Assembly (NCBI GenBank): GCA_028534125.1
Contig: CM052831.1
Coordinates: 17,360,001 to 17,424,000 of the forward strand
Direction: 5' to 3'
Source: Lama glama
Taxonomy: Eukaryota
Length of the DNA stretch: 64,000 bases
Shown: positions 37,930 to 50,779 of the stretch, piece after piece
Layout of the letters: each line of letters begins with the position of its first letter
How positions within the stretch are numbered: position 1 is the first letter of the stretch
The notes under the pieces: generated by a model
The model's input: the letters and a program-made list of their open reading frames with translations, nothing else
Database searches by the model: none
Told to the model about the DNA's origin: nothing
Position numbers and translations under genes: made by a program

Positions 37930-38435
37930 CCGTGCAGCCTCAGATTTGGTGCAGCCTTTGATGCATCTGGCTAGAATCTGGCCTCAGGCATTTCAGTTTT
38001 AATGAATCCCGAAGAACATAGTGTGATCCGACTTCTGAATTCACATAGCCTTTTTTCTCAGGATAATATTCCTAAGTCTTTAAAGGAGGCCCATGTCAAA
38101 AAAGACAGAGGATTTACACTGAAATAAAAACCTACCAGGGACTGTCACTGACTCAGAGCTTTTATTGCACAGATGGCTGTCCACACCACTTTCTGTTTCA
38201 CCAGCAATGGTGCTGAGGAAGAAGGAATGAGGAATAGTAATTCTAGGCTCCTGAAGATATACCAAGGTCATCCATTTAGGATGTGTCTATCATTCCAGGT
38301 TCTGAAGCAGGTATCTGTTACTGTCACCTGTTCAATGACCCTTCGCTCTTTTCTTGGCAAAGACCCCCTCTTTCCTAAGAGAAAGCCATTCCAAGAGGCT
38401 ACGGTAGGGGGGCGGGGAGGTTCACTCCTACCTCA

Positions 38436-38555
38436 GTCTAGCTACATTCTGAGACTCCTGGAAAAAAGTCATCTAAGACTTAAAGAGTGTGTGGAGCTGC
38501 CTTTTTTGTGGTAAAGAAAAATTCTATAAAATGAGAGTGTCAGCATGCTCCAGCT
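38436..38555 (+). repeat. Copy 2 of a diverged local direct duplication
   Basis: gctacattctgagactcc...aagacttaaagagt...ggagctgcctttttt gtggtaaagaaaa...gagtgtcagcatgctccagct. Confidence 0.85.
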
Positions 38556-39259
38556 GAGGTGGGGACATTATCTGAGTCTGTCCAGTTACTGACTCAGCCA
38601 AATGTGACCCAAGTCTTGATAATTAATAGTAGGACATGATGTCTAGACTCAGGAAGATTTTTTTTTCTCTTTTGAAATATAGAGCTATGCATGTTGTATA
38701 AATAAGACTGCAGGTGTTAGGAAATTGAAGGTGACCATCTATCAACTTAACAAGAGCTGCCAAAAAAGGGTAGTTTAAAAAAGAAAAGAGAGCCCTGATA
38801 TATGAGTGGAGAACCTGGATCCAGCCATGCCTGAACCCAGTATACCTCCACATTACGGCACCAAGAAGTTCTTCTACCTGTTGAGCTACTTTCTGTTGAT
38901 TTTTCTCTCATCCAATCGAGGAGTCAATGCAATGTTTCCTTAATATTCTGAAATTAGGACTATTTAAGTAATAGAAAAGAGAGGCATCAGAGATTATGGC
39001 CAGGGAACTGAGACTCTACGCAAAGAATCTGAAGAAATAGTTTTATACTAAGTCCAAAGATTGGTAAAGCAGAGGCTAGTCATACAAAGCCAGCCACAGT
39101 TTAGACACTCGGTGAACTCACAAAAAAGTGACTTGTTCATGAACCGTGGAGAGACATCTGGCTAAGGTCATGGTCAGAATCACATGGGTCCAAACCCAAA
39201 ACAGCAGAAGAGTCTGAAGAAAATCCCAGATATGGTAAAAGAATTCCCAGATGGTCTCT

Positions 39260-39790
39260 GTGACTGTCACCCCCTTGGGTTATACCCTGTAAAATACCCA
39301 CTCCTTGATTAAAGGGAGATCCTACGGTTTTCTTAAAAACAGCAAAGATGAAGGGATGCTGTAGATGTAATTAATATCCCCAATCAATTGTCCTTAATTT
39401 AATCAACAGGGAATTTGCTTTATTGTGGGTTGGTCTGACCTAATCAAGTGTTTTCAAAGAGATGGGAAGCAGCAGAGTCCCTCTTCTGATGGCCTTGAGG
39501 AAGCAAGTGCCCATGCTGTGGAGATGACCACAGGGCAGCCAAAGGCAGGCAGCTTCTAGAAGCTGAGGTCCGTCCTACAGCTGTAAAACCTGCATTCTCC
39601 CAACCACAGCGAACACAGACTAGGACCCTGAGCCTCAGATGAGATCAGAGCCCCGGCGCACTCCTGATTGCAGCCTGAGCAGAGGACCCACTAATTCCCG
39701 GACTCATAAGCCAAGGAAACTGAGATAATAAATGTGTTAAGTCGCTGAGTTTGTGATGATCTGTTACACAACAAGAGGAAACAGTATACC
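39260..39790 (+). mobile_element. MaLR LTR (MLT1E/F-like)
   Basis: gtagatgtaattaatatccccaatcaattg...ggcagcttctagaagctgag...gagcctcagatgaga...actgagataataaatgtgttaagtcgctgagtttgtg. Confidence 0.8.
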
Positions 39791-40084
39791 AGCTGGGCTA
39801 AGGATTGTCACCAACTAGGAAAATGGCAGAGACAGAGGTAGGACCTCGTGACCTTTTAGGGAGGCATGGGCTGGAGGACCTTCAAGCTCTCTAGTTCCAT
39901 CACAGGAGTGGTCAATATCCATCTACAAGTCACAGCCCATCCCTCAGCCCAGTCCTTGGCTCGCTACCTGAGCTCTCTCAGTACTTAAAGCTAGATGAGA
40001 AAATAAACATGTGCATGGCTAACACCTCAACCAACAAGAAGGGTTAGGAATAAGATGTGCCCATTTATTAGACGTGGTATTAGC

Positions 40085-40600
40085 TGAAGAGCAGAGTGTG
40101 GTAGGGCCCAAGAAGGGTCTCTGGTCCAGAGAGTCCAGGCTCCTATCTCAGCTCTCAGATCCAGGCCAGTGAACAAAGTTCACTATATGGCCCTGCAGTT
40201 CCGTTTTCTCATCTACGTCAACAGTAACAACTCAAAACTTTATCATGGGGTTTAAATTAGGGAATACATGTGTCAGGGCACCAGGCTTGGTACCTGATTC
40301 TGCAAGGAGTTTTATGAAAATTAGCTCGTTCTTCTTCTCTCCTGCTCTAACCCTCCATGTGGATTCAGCACAGGTAACGGGGGTTCTGGGGAAACAAAAC
40401 TCATGACAAGTAAGTTGACAAAAGGCAGTGGTATTTGAGTTCAATACCTAATATGCTTACCAGGACAGTTGCTCCAGTTTGCACAGACCCCAATTCCAAA
40501 TCTGTTAAATGGGAATAATGGTACTTACATTACAGGGTGATTGATAAGGTTAAATGAGAACACATGCTAAAAAAAAAAGTATATTAAGCCACTAAAGTTA
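40085..40600 (+). mobile_element. Two adjacent MIR fragments
   Basis: ccgttttctcatctacg and aatctgttaaatgggaataatggtacttacattacagggtgattgataaggttaaatgag. Confidence 0.6.
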
Positions 40601-40689
40601 TTATACATATGAGCCCTCATATTTATTTTTGTTATTTGAGCAGGCAAAACCAAGGTGTCCCAGTAGGCAATATAAGGCCATTGGAGGAT

Positions 40690-41121
40690 GACAGGGGCTG
40701 AATCGTGTCAAAGTTCTAACCCCCAGCACCTCAGAATGTGCTCTTCCTCGGAAACAGGGTCACTGCAGATGTTAATTCGTTAAGATGAGGTCACACTGGG
40801 ATTGGGTGGGCCCTTGGTCCAGTAGGATCGGTGCCATTATAATGAAGGGTGAGAGACACAGAAGGAAGATGGCCATGTGAAGATGAAAGCAGAGATCAGA
40901 ATGAGACATCTATGCACCAAGGAACGTCAAGGATTGGCGGCGAGGACCAGAAACTAGGAAGTGGCAAGAAACAGACTCAGAGCCTCCAAAAAGGAACCAA
41001 CCCAGTTAACACCATGATCTTGGACTTCTAGCTTCCAGAACTTGGAGGCAATACATTTCCATTGTTTTAAACCACCTAGTTTGGTGTGTCCTTTGTTATG
41101 GCAGCCCCAGCAAACTAATAA
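40690..41121 (+). mobile_element. MaLR LTR (MLT1C-like)
   Basis: ctaacccccagcacctcagaatgtg...gttaagatgaggtcacactgg...ttggacttctagcttccagaac...ctttgttatggcagccccagcaaactaata. Confidence 0.9.
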
Positions 41122-41137
41122 GGAGGATGGCCCCCGG

Positions 41138-41550
41138 CAGTGGTGTAGCCACCTGTGGATATGTACCACCCAGCTCTGGGACGGGGCTGGGCTATAGCAT
41201 GTGCTGATTACCATGGTGTAAATATTCCCACCACAGCTAATTCCAGCCCACCAATGTGACAGCACTGAACGTGAAATGGGAAAGGGACGCACAGCATCCC
41301 ATCACCAAACAGCATCTCTGCCCTACAGACACAGCACACACAAGCTCGGGAGCAAAGATAAAAAGGGAATGTATTACAGTAATTAGGAAGCGATGAAGTG
41401 GGGTGTTATTACTTCTTAAATATAACTTAACTGTAAATTCACATAATATTGCGCTTTAACAAATTGTCTTTAATAACCAGCTCACAAAATTCCTGAAAAC
41501 ATTAACAATCAGTTCTCACGGGGCCTGCACAAGCGGCTCCAGGACCTCAG
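41138..41550 (-). mobile_element. MER63-like hAT-Blackjack DNA transposon
   Basis: Left end cagtggtgt; right end ttcctgaaaacattaacaatcagttctcacgggcctgcacaagcggctccag is the reverse of the MER63 5' terminus. Confidence 0.7.
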
Positions 41551-43147
41551 GAAAAGATGCACACAGCAGAAGAGAAGCGTAAATCCTCCACCCTCAGGTC
41601 TAAACTACTCCTGGCCCAGGGAGTATGGTCTTCAAAACCAAGCCCTCCTGCAGAAGAGGGGTCACGCCTGCTGTCAGATGGTAATAGACAGTGTTCGGTT
41701 AATTAAGCAGGTTTTAGTGCCGCGAAAACCCGGGGCCTATCTTCTCCCTGATCCCATAAAGCATCCGTGGCAGTTTGGGTTTTAACCAATACAGGAGTAA
41801 TTTGAAATCAATTTCCCCTCTCCTTGATGAACAATGGACTATTTAGTGTGACCCACAGAGAAATTGAGAAGCCCGCGTACGTGAGGCAGCCCCAGCCGCC
41901 GTGCGCGCCACGATTCCGTGTCAGAGCCGGGTGCCTGACTGGCACCCCCACGAGGAAGCTGGCCTTACCCCGCTCTGAAGTGTGATCTCTCTCACCACAG
42001 GCTTGGGTGTGTGACACCCTCTCTCTATTACAAGGGGGCAGGGGCCCTGTTTTAGCCTTCTTATTCAATCGACACACAGATTAACGAGCAGCAGCGATGA
42101 GGCAGGCACTCTGGAGATGCAGGTGAGCGAGAGACAGCCTCCACCCTCTGGCCGGCACACACAGGCTGGCGACAGGCGAGGGGGGCCTGAAACAGGCCTG
42201 GGAAGGTTCCCTCTAACACAGTCACAGAGAGACATCTGTCCAGTTAGCCAGCTGCACCTCGCTCCCGAGGCTGGGATTCCACCGTTTCCCGGTGCCCTGA
42301 GTCTGGACAACTTTAGCCTCAGTTTAACGTTGATCCTAACAGTACCTGCTCTTACAGGGTGACTGTGGAGTCCAAGCGAGACTACGCAGGCGAGTGAGTT
42401 GTCTGTCCCCTCTGTCCCCGGACACCCCATGTTTAACTCTATCTCCTTCACACCTTGATTAGATGTCAAGTTTCTCCACCAAGGTCTATTTAAAACAAGT
42501 GGCACCCACCCAAGTCCGCACCTCCAACAACTCCCAATTTCCCTTAACCTTCTTTCCTTTGTCCCGACACTCATCACTTCTTAACAGGTTAGTCAGCTTC
42601 CCCTCCACTGACACACAAGCCCCACAAAGATAGGTATTACTTGTTAGTTTTGCCACTTTTGCAAATACCTAGAAGGGGGCACAGCGCACCGAGGCACTAG
42701 GTTAATACAAGGCATGGGTGGACGTGTGGATGGAGACTAACACTCTCACGAAAGAGACTCTATCTCATTGATCTTCGAATCTCCAGCATCTTACGCAATG
42801 TTGGAGTCCCACTTTTTGTTGAATAAAGAACAAAAGAATACACCACGAATAGTGATTTGACCCCACAGATAATCTGAGATTATCGAAAGGATATAAAATC
42901 CTTACTTGTTCTAACTTCCCTTTAGGTGATAAAACCCTCATCACATGGCAAACACGCTCACGCACCACGGTTTCAGTGTTTTCTCCAGCCTTGTTCTGGT
43001 TGAAGGAATTTAGCCACGGGAAGGGGCAGCGGGGAAGGTGGAAGCCTGTACCCTGATTCGATCAGAGAAGATCCTTTAAAAAACCTATTTGCTATATTTG
43101 AGATTTCAAGTAAGACCGTTTTGAGTTGCCCCCCCAACATAGGGGAG

Positions 43148-43413
43148 CTTTTATTTATTTAATTTTTTTCTGTGTGCCTTTTTTGAGGTATAACTGACAT
43201 GCTTATAAACGGAATCTAAAAAACAAATACAGAAAAACAAGCTCATAGATACAGAGAACAGAGTGGCAGCTGCCAGAGGCCAAACTTCCAGTTATAAAAT
43301 AAGTAAGTCCTGGGGATATAAATGTACAGTGTGAAGACTCTAGTTAATAACACTGTTAATAACACTGTTGCATATTTGAAAGTTGCTAAGGAAGTGAATC
43401 TTAAAAGTTCTCA
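43148..43413. mobile_element. L1 3' fragment with an internal inversion (L1MA9-like)
   Basis: Minus-strand tail ttttgaggtataactgacat joined to plus-strand aagctcatagatacagagaacag...ttgcatatttgaaagttgctaag...aaaagttctcatc. Confidence 0.75.
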
Positions 43414-44043
43414 TCAAGTAAGATATTATTTGCCAGAGAGGATCCACTGCTGATGGAAGATTTTTGAAAACTCTCAACTTTAAGACTTTTTTTGCAGGAG
43501 AGGGGATGAGGTAGAAAAAAGAAATTATGACCAAACTTTTATTTAATTATAGTAGATTATCTGCTGGGGTAGCGAGGTTAGATTCAAAAGTTAGTGTGCA
43601 AGGACCAAAATTACACTTGACAAATCCCCTGAATCAACCAAAAGGAACAGCACGTTTTATGTTACGATACAGCACACGTATTGTAGGTACATCCGTCCAA
43701 CACACAGAAGGATTAAAGGAAGTCAGAGTCCTCATGCAGGCGACTGGCGATCAGAATCACTACGCTTCTCCATACCCAGAAGAAAACAGAAGACGAGTAG
43801 AAGATTCTAGAGTGTTCTTGCTCACCTGCAGGGTTTACTCCATTTTATTCCATTATGAAGTCTCCACAGGCTTCCTAGACAAGAATACGTTTGTTTGCTG
43901 TGGTAAGGAACACAGGATATGTGAAAGCACCTAGGAAAGAATTATAAAGCACACCACATGCTTACTAGTTTTGAATCTGAGGGTTGCTTGACTAAAACCA
44001 CTCTGACTTGAGGTGTCAGAGACACAAAACCAGCCAGCTTATC

Positions 44044-44470
44044 TGTTGTATGAGTTGTACTGCGTTCCCCAAATTCAGACATCCTGACGGCAGTACCGGA
44101 CCCCCAGTGCCTTAAGAATGTGACTTCAGTTAGAAACCAGGTCATCACAGAAGTAATTAAAGATGAAGTCATTAGTGGACCCTAATCCAGTACAATTAGT
44201 GCCCTTATAAGAAGCGGAGACTCGGACACAAGTAGGACACCGTGTGAACACGAGAGCAGAGATCAGGGTGATGGCCCTGCAGGCCAAGGACACCAATCAT
44301 GGCCAGCAGACCGCCAGAAGCTGGGAGGCAGGGAACAGATCCTCCCTCACAGTCCTCAGAACAGCCCCGTCCACACTTTGATCTCGACTTCCAGCCTCTG
44401 AGACAATGCATTTCTATTGTCTAGGCCATTCAGGCTGTGGTACCTCATTACCGCAGCAAACAAACACACA
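44044..44470 (+). mobile_element. MaLR LTR (MLT1B/C-like)
   Basis: cccaaattcagacat...gtggaccctaatccagtac...ccagaagctgggaggcagggaacagatcctccctcacag...gacttccagcctctgagacaat. Confidence 0.85.
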
Positions 44471-45573
44471 CAACCACCAAGCTCACGGTTCCTCCTGTGG
44501 CCCCACGACAGGCCATCCACTGAGCTCAAGCTCCTGGGCTCTCGTCTCCTGACCCCGAGGGGGTGACAACTCTCCTGATTCATGAGTCAATGAGTGTGTC
44601 TGAGCTCCCTCCACTCTACCATCAACTAGCAAACCTGAAAAGAGATGGGGAAGGGCCAGCACACGATGACCAACACCGGTCCAGCTTCCCAGAGAAGAGG
44701 AGGAGTCTCCACCGTGAGGAGGCAGCGACGCTGGCCTCGCTGCCCGTCTCAAGCAGGAAAAGCCGTTCCTCTCAGTTTCTCTACTCTGCTGGCCCGCTCC
44801 ATCTCTTCCTGTGGTGAATAAAAACACCCAAGGGGAAATGCGAACCCATTCATCAACATTCCTGGCCAGACACTGAGCTGCTTAATGGTTTTATCGATTC
44901 CTTGTTTTGCTCTACATTATGTGTTACATTGGCTCAAGCAGTCCATACAAGAAGAATCAAGACAGTGTTGGCAAAAAGGCATTATTTCATTTTAAGCTTG
45001 TTACCACTGAGACCAGTCAACCCTGAACAGAAGTAGCTGAGTTTCAAAACAAGCGTGTGCACCATTTCTATTCACTGCACGCCAGGAGTCCTTCTCATGG
45101 CAAATGCCCCTTCGTTTCAAAGTTCTATCTGAGTTGGTAAAAAAAAACAAACCGTGGTAACCACTGTGCCTTTAAGAGGATTTTTCATGCTAGAATAATA
45201 TTTTGTTTTATACTCTTAAGATAACGGTTCCAAATGCTTTAAGGGGATATATCTCATATTAGTAAAATGACTCTAATTACAACCAGCACAAAGCATTCTG
45301 TGTACACATTTTCACGTAAGTACCACTATGTGGCAAAAATAAAATAATTAAACAGCTCACAAAGTCTGCCAATGACATACGGAATCTTCAGTGTTCTTGC
45401 AAATGTATCCATTTCAACCGAGTTAAATAAACATATGATATAAGCAAACAACACACAGGATGTTAAAACAAACTTATCAAGTTTAGGACATTGACCTAAA
45501 ACCAAACTCAACATGGTGAATAAAAAGATTAAATCAGACCCTTTAACAAGCGAAGCTGGCTGCCTTACACAAG

Positions 45574-45590
45574 GTGAGCAGATGGCAGTA
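45574..45590 (+). promoter_or_regulatory. Candidate CTCF motif
   Basis: GTGAGCAGATGGCAGTA compared with the core CCAGCAGATGGCAGTA. Confidence 0.35.
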
Positions 45591-45809
45591 TCCTACAGCT
45601 AACAGACCAGGGAACGTGAAAACTGACATTACGTGTTCTATACCATTTATTTCAATCAGGGATAGTTACTAAAAACTGGGTTAAATGGCATAAAAACACT
45701 GAGGAAATTATTCAGTTCTGAAAAGCAGTTGAGACTCTAAAATCACGTGTTCAGTTATCATTTCTGTTCATCATCGTATCTGTCAAAGAGACAGCAATCA
45801 GGAAGTAGC

Positions 45810-45960
45810 AACTGAGAGATGGGGGTTTCAAACCCACCTCTACCACTCACTGCCTGTGACCTTGAATGGGTCTCGGACTCGCCAGACCTCAGTCTTCTCA
45901 TCAGGAAGGAGAGAAGGATTAGCTCACATCAGAAGCAAATACCTTGTACTAAAGCCTAAT
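45810..45960 (+). mobile_element. MIR SINE
   Basis: ttcaaacccacctctaccactcactgcctgtgaccttg...cctcagtcttctcatc. Confidence 0.7.
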
Positions 45961-48453
45961 AAAATGTGTCATGAGCCGCCCCTGAGTCAGCTGTCAAATA
46001 AATACACATTCTGTGCTTCAAAATGAAAAATGCAATTTGAAGAAAGGATTCTATGCTTTAAAAAAAAAAAAAGTTTGAAAACCAGTGACGAAATTTGATC
46101 TTTTGTGTTTTGTTTTTTTTTTCAAAAATCATCCTGTCACTTGTAGAAATGAACATGTATGTTGTTTCATAGTCACATAAGAAAAGTAATGTGAACTTAA
46201 AGTAAAATTCCACTTATTTTTAAGCTAAGTGTGGATATCCAGCATCTTCATATATAAAGAGTAAAAGTTGAGACTCGTTTTAGAGGGTTCAAGAATGAGA
46301 TGGCCACAGATGAATTTTCGCCTTAATCTAAGCATTTCAAGCCGCTTTTGAAGAAGACTTTCTGTCTCCAGATTTTTCTTTTGGCCAAAGTTACTGAAAA
46401 CTGTTCTGAAAAGCATACATCTTCCATACCTGCTGAAACCAAATTAAAATTGAGTTTGTTCAAATTTGTTTTCAAAACTAATTATCCACCGTCTAAACAG
46501 GTCTTGCCTGGAAGATGTATAAATTACCTTAGATGGAAGAGAAAGATTCTTTTCAAAAATATTTTTAATTTTCAAGTTTTACTAAAGGATACAATGGTGC
46601 TAAATACATTGTCTAATCGTTTACCCTGATGGGGACATTGACTAGACTTATTGCCCATTATTTAAGCCAGTTTACCCAAATCTATAAAACGGATAGAGAC
46701 TAAAACCCAAATTCCATCCTAGATAGAAATCGTAAGACACAGTCTGTGCGGATATAAATGGTACTCTGGCTACTACTTTATGACGATGATGCTATTTTGT
46801 TTTGTAGAAAGGTCAAGGCCTAGGGCCAAACTGCTACATTACAAATGAAATTCTCTTCCACCTTCCCCCGGGCAGCTATACGAAACACCCCTTTGCCTAG
46901 GTTCTGGCATCTAGTCCCTTTCCTGGAACTCCAGCATTGTTGACACAGCCTGGAGAACACCCGGACTTTGAGGACACATTCCCAGCTGTGAGAAAAGACA
47001 TGCTGGAGTTTCCCTAGTTTTACTTCAGTTAATTTCTTTCAGTGGTAACACTGTATAATTAGACTCTTTTCCCCACCTGCAAAAGATACAAGGAAATAAA
47101 TTTCTTAAAACGTGAACAGCGGGCTGATCCCACTATCCACCTATGATGGAAACAAACAGTGACTCCGCAAACATAGATGGCGGAGCTCCTCCATCCAGGC
47201 TACAAAGGGAACCACCCCCCGCATCCCGTTCGGCTCAGTCCAGGGAGGTGGGGGGTTACCACTGTGCTCTGGCATCCAGGCACGAGGAGCCTGTCCAGAT
47301 GGAAACCAACAAACGCAGACTGTCATCTGTGTGTCTGGACTAAATGACAAGCATCTGTAAACAGAAGACAGGCTTTCTCACTTTTCATCTGGATTAAGAA
47401 AAACGCCTTCATTTTCCCACAACAGATTAAGAATGTTTAAAAAAAAAAAAAGGATTAATTGTAACAAGTCCCTGCCCATGTCAGACCTTAGCTATGCTCC
47501 CATCAGGCCAATTTTGTTGTAACATCATGTTTCTTCCTGTAAACTATTTCCCCAAACACACTGTGCAGATTTCTCTGTCCTGCTTTATTGATAAGAGTTG
47601 GGCCTGAAGGCAGGGCTGCCAGATTATCACCAGAGTATAAATTACAGACATGCAAAGTGCTGGTGGATGTCGGCCGCACTGTCACCACCCACCAGAAGGC
47701 AGATCTCAGGCTTGAACCACTGCACCAAGGACCTGGCACAAAGTAGACACTTAATAAAAATTTGCCAAGCTGAGTAACACGCTACCTGATAAACACAAAA
47801 CATCATCCAGTCCTGGGTGTGCTTCAACAGAAGTAATCGATTTGGACGAGGCAGAGGGCATGTGAAAAGGAGGTGCTCAGGCAGCTCTCAGAAGCAGCTC
47901 TGGTCCTCGAAATAAGTAGCATTTGCAATCATTGCTTCTCTTCTGTTTGGACTGCTGACGTCTGATCACTACCGTTGAGGTCTGAGGACTTCACTTGAGC
48001 CAACAACATGTCAGCCACTGAGTCAATTCATACTTGGTCTGCTCAGAACGGAAGAAATGCCCTTGTGACTAACAGCCCACAGCTGCACCCTGCACCGGCA
48101 GAGATGCAGGGCTCTGCGCTGTAATCCCCCGGTGCCCCACCTCCTCCCGGATGAGCATTTTCACCCTCTCTTTGTGTTGAAATCCATTTTAGTCCACAGC
48201 ATTCTGATTAGTCCACACTGGGCAGAGAACAGACTTCCAAAGACTTGTTGATTCCATCCAAATACTCAGGAACAAGCTGGAGACTCAGTCAAGAACCAGG
48301 CCTACCTGGTACACTGTTTAAACTCTGGTTTCAAAATTATATTAAAAAAAAAAAGCAATTCTATCAATCAATACACATTCATTACATGCCACAGTGAACA
48401 CCCCGAGACATATTCTATTTTTTAAACACAGCTGTCCATCTGCTGCCGACATT

Positions 48454-48617
48454 NNNNNNNNNNNNNNNNNNNNNNNNNNNNNNNNNNNNNNNNNNNNNNN
48501 NNNNNNNNNNNNNNNNNNNNNNNNNNNNNNNNNNNNNNNNNNNNNNNNNNNNNNNNNNNNNNNNNNNNNNNNNNNNNNNNNNNNNNNNNNNNNNNNNNNN
48601 NNNNNNNNNNNNNNNNN
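48454..48617. other. N-run, 164 nt
   Basis: Seen directly. Confidence 0.99.
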
Positions 48618-48940
48618 CAAGCACTTTAAAGGACTGAGAACAGCTACCAAGCTCAGCAGAATTTTTCTGTTCGTGTTTTGGTTTCCCTGACCCCCTTTTC
48701 CAGTTCCTCTCCCTCATTAAAAATGCCTCCATCAGAAAGAAAATGAAGAGAACACGAACAGGAGCTGATAGGTAAATGCAAGTGATTATTATAAAAACTT
48801 CATCCTTCCAGCCCCGATTTTCAAAACCCATCTCATTTTGTTCGGCTAAGAAAAGGAGAACCGTATCTATACACAGTTTCCTTTTAAGGAATAGACTTTG
48901 AGCCTTGAGCAGTGATTCCCACCCACGTCACCACAGCAGT

Positions 48941-49051
48941 TTTGTTTTATTTTGTATTTATTCATTTCTTAATGGAGGTACCAGGGATTGCACGAAGGAC
49001 CTTGTGCATGCTCAGCATGTGCTCCACCACAGAGCGATTGTGCCTCCCCTC
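48941..49051 (-). mobile_element. Camelid tRNA-derived SINE, older copy
   Basis: ttaatggaggtaccagggattgcacgaaggaccttgtgcatgctcagcatgtgctccaccac; degenerate TSD tcaccacagcagtttt / tcactacagccatttt. Confidence 0.85.
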
Positions 49052-49344
49052 AACCACCTTCACTACAGCCATTTTGACAGTGAGAAAAATCTGGACCACC
49101 TTCTTCCTTTTTCTGGCAATCTTTTTTTTTTTACCTAGTTGACAAAGGAAATGCTGATTCCTGGACTGAAAGGAAAGTAGAGGGCCCCCTAAAAGCAATT
49201 CACCGCAGTGGGGCCTTTCCTGATATCCAGTGTTTTTAGGGTCCAAAGGTGTCCATCCTGATGAAGGACAGAGGTGCCTGTGGTGTATGTGGGGACATGC
49301 TGTAAAGGGGGGTGTACGGATGGGGGGCCAGGGGCCCTGACGTC

Positions 49345-49480
49345 TCAAACTCCCGCGTCCATAGAAATCACCTGGGGAGTCTTGCTAAGTACAGATCCAG
49401 AGTGAGGTCTGAGATTCTGAGATTCTGCGTTTCCAACAAGTTCCCAGGTGGTGCTGATGCTGCTGGTTAGAGGGCGGCAC
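49345..49480. mobile_element. MER5-family DNA transposon fragment
   Basis: aatcacctggggagtcttgctaa...ctgagattctgcgtttccaacaagttcccaggtggtgctgatgctgctgg. Confidence 0.75.
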
Positions 49481-50779
49481 TCAGACTAGTAAGATACAGA
49501 ATTGCCTAGAATAACTGCCCTGTGTCGGTTTTCCCTGCTCAGCACCCACTGTGGGCCTGCAGGGAGCCAGTCAGACTTCAGGGAGGGAAGAGGGTGGGTT
49601 TTTTTCCTTTTCCCCCCAGCCTTATTGAGGTATATTGACAGAGGAAGGTGAGTTTCAAAGACAGCATGAGTATCAAGGTCCCTGGGGCAGATGAACCTGG
49701 GGCAGACCCTCCCCTTATCCACCCCCCAAAATGGGTATTTCTTACAATGACTACTAAGAAAATAATTTAAAATCACTTTGGTTAGGTATGAACTTTATAT
49801 AAAAATGAAAGCGGTGCGCGGCAGTATCCACCTGCTCTAGCACTGTTTAAGCTCCAGACAAAAAAGACGGGGTCATGTTTCTTTTCCTCCAGTGCCCCTT
49901 ACTGAGGAAACTCCAAGCAATTTCTCTGCCTCCTTTGGACTCATCCAACTCATCCAAGTGTGTGCTCTGTTATTCACATGTAGTTTCTAGCCCGGGAGAG
50001 CTCTGAGAGTAAGAACACAGGACCTCATCTGAGGTATCCTTTCTAGTCTGAGCACCAAGCTCAGTCACTGGGATACGGCAGAGAATGGACAATTCGCACC
50101 GAGTAAGTGTCAGGCTCTGCGTGTGGCCCTTCACATCCATTATCTTCTGCAATCTCACCATTAAGGAATGATTCTCAAGGATCCTCACGAAAAACCCACA
50201 TTCAGAGCAGGCAGATGAATTTGCTGGTTAAGCCCAGAAACAAGATTCGAACCAAATCTGTCACCTGGTTCCAACGCCAAGGCACCACCCCGACCCCACA
50301 ACTATACTGTGATGCTTCAGTGAATATAGTATTTCTAAATAGGAGCAGATCATGCATTCACTGCCAGGTTCAAAACCTGTCATCTGCAGGTCCTTTCTAG
50401 TTGCTCTACGCTCCTCATTGCCTTCCCCCCTTTTCCAACTGTCTCTCCAACTAGTTTCCACATTTCTGACCTGGAGGTGGATGACACTGGCCCCTGCTGC
50501 TAAGACAGGTTAGCTTTAAGGCAAGGGTGGCCAGGCAAATCCAACACATCACCCCACAACAAACTGAGGGAAGAAAAGCCATTGAAGGGCCACTGCCATA
50601 ATATGTGGGACATCCTTGGATTCATGTATACTTAGCCTGCAAGTCTCCCAGCAACCTATTCTCCTGCCCTCCCAACCTCCAAAAAGAAAGAAGCAACATA
50701 TACACAAGAAGCAACAAGGCCAAGCAGACCAGCCAGGGAAAGTGGAACCACACTCCAGTGTGTCCAGGACCAGAAGGAG

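Noticed and set aside
42065-42577. Longest ORF (170 aa) and the other ORFs in the track
   Set aside because: No recognisable domain. Lengths fit chance in mammalian non-coding DNA, and many use non-ATG starts, overlap repeats or run through N.
27060-48617. The three N-runs as masked coding exons
   Set aside because: None is flanked by AG/GT on plus or AC/CT on minus, and none has an adjacent pyrimidine tract.
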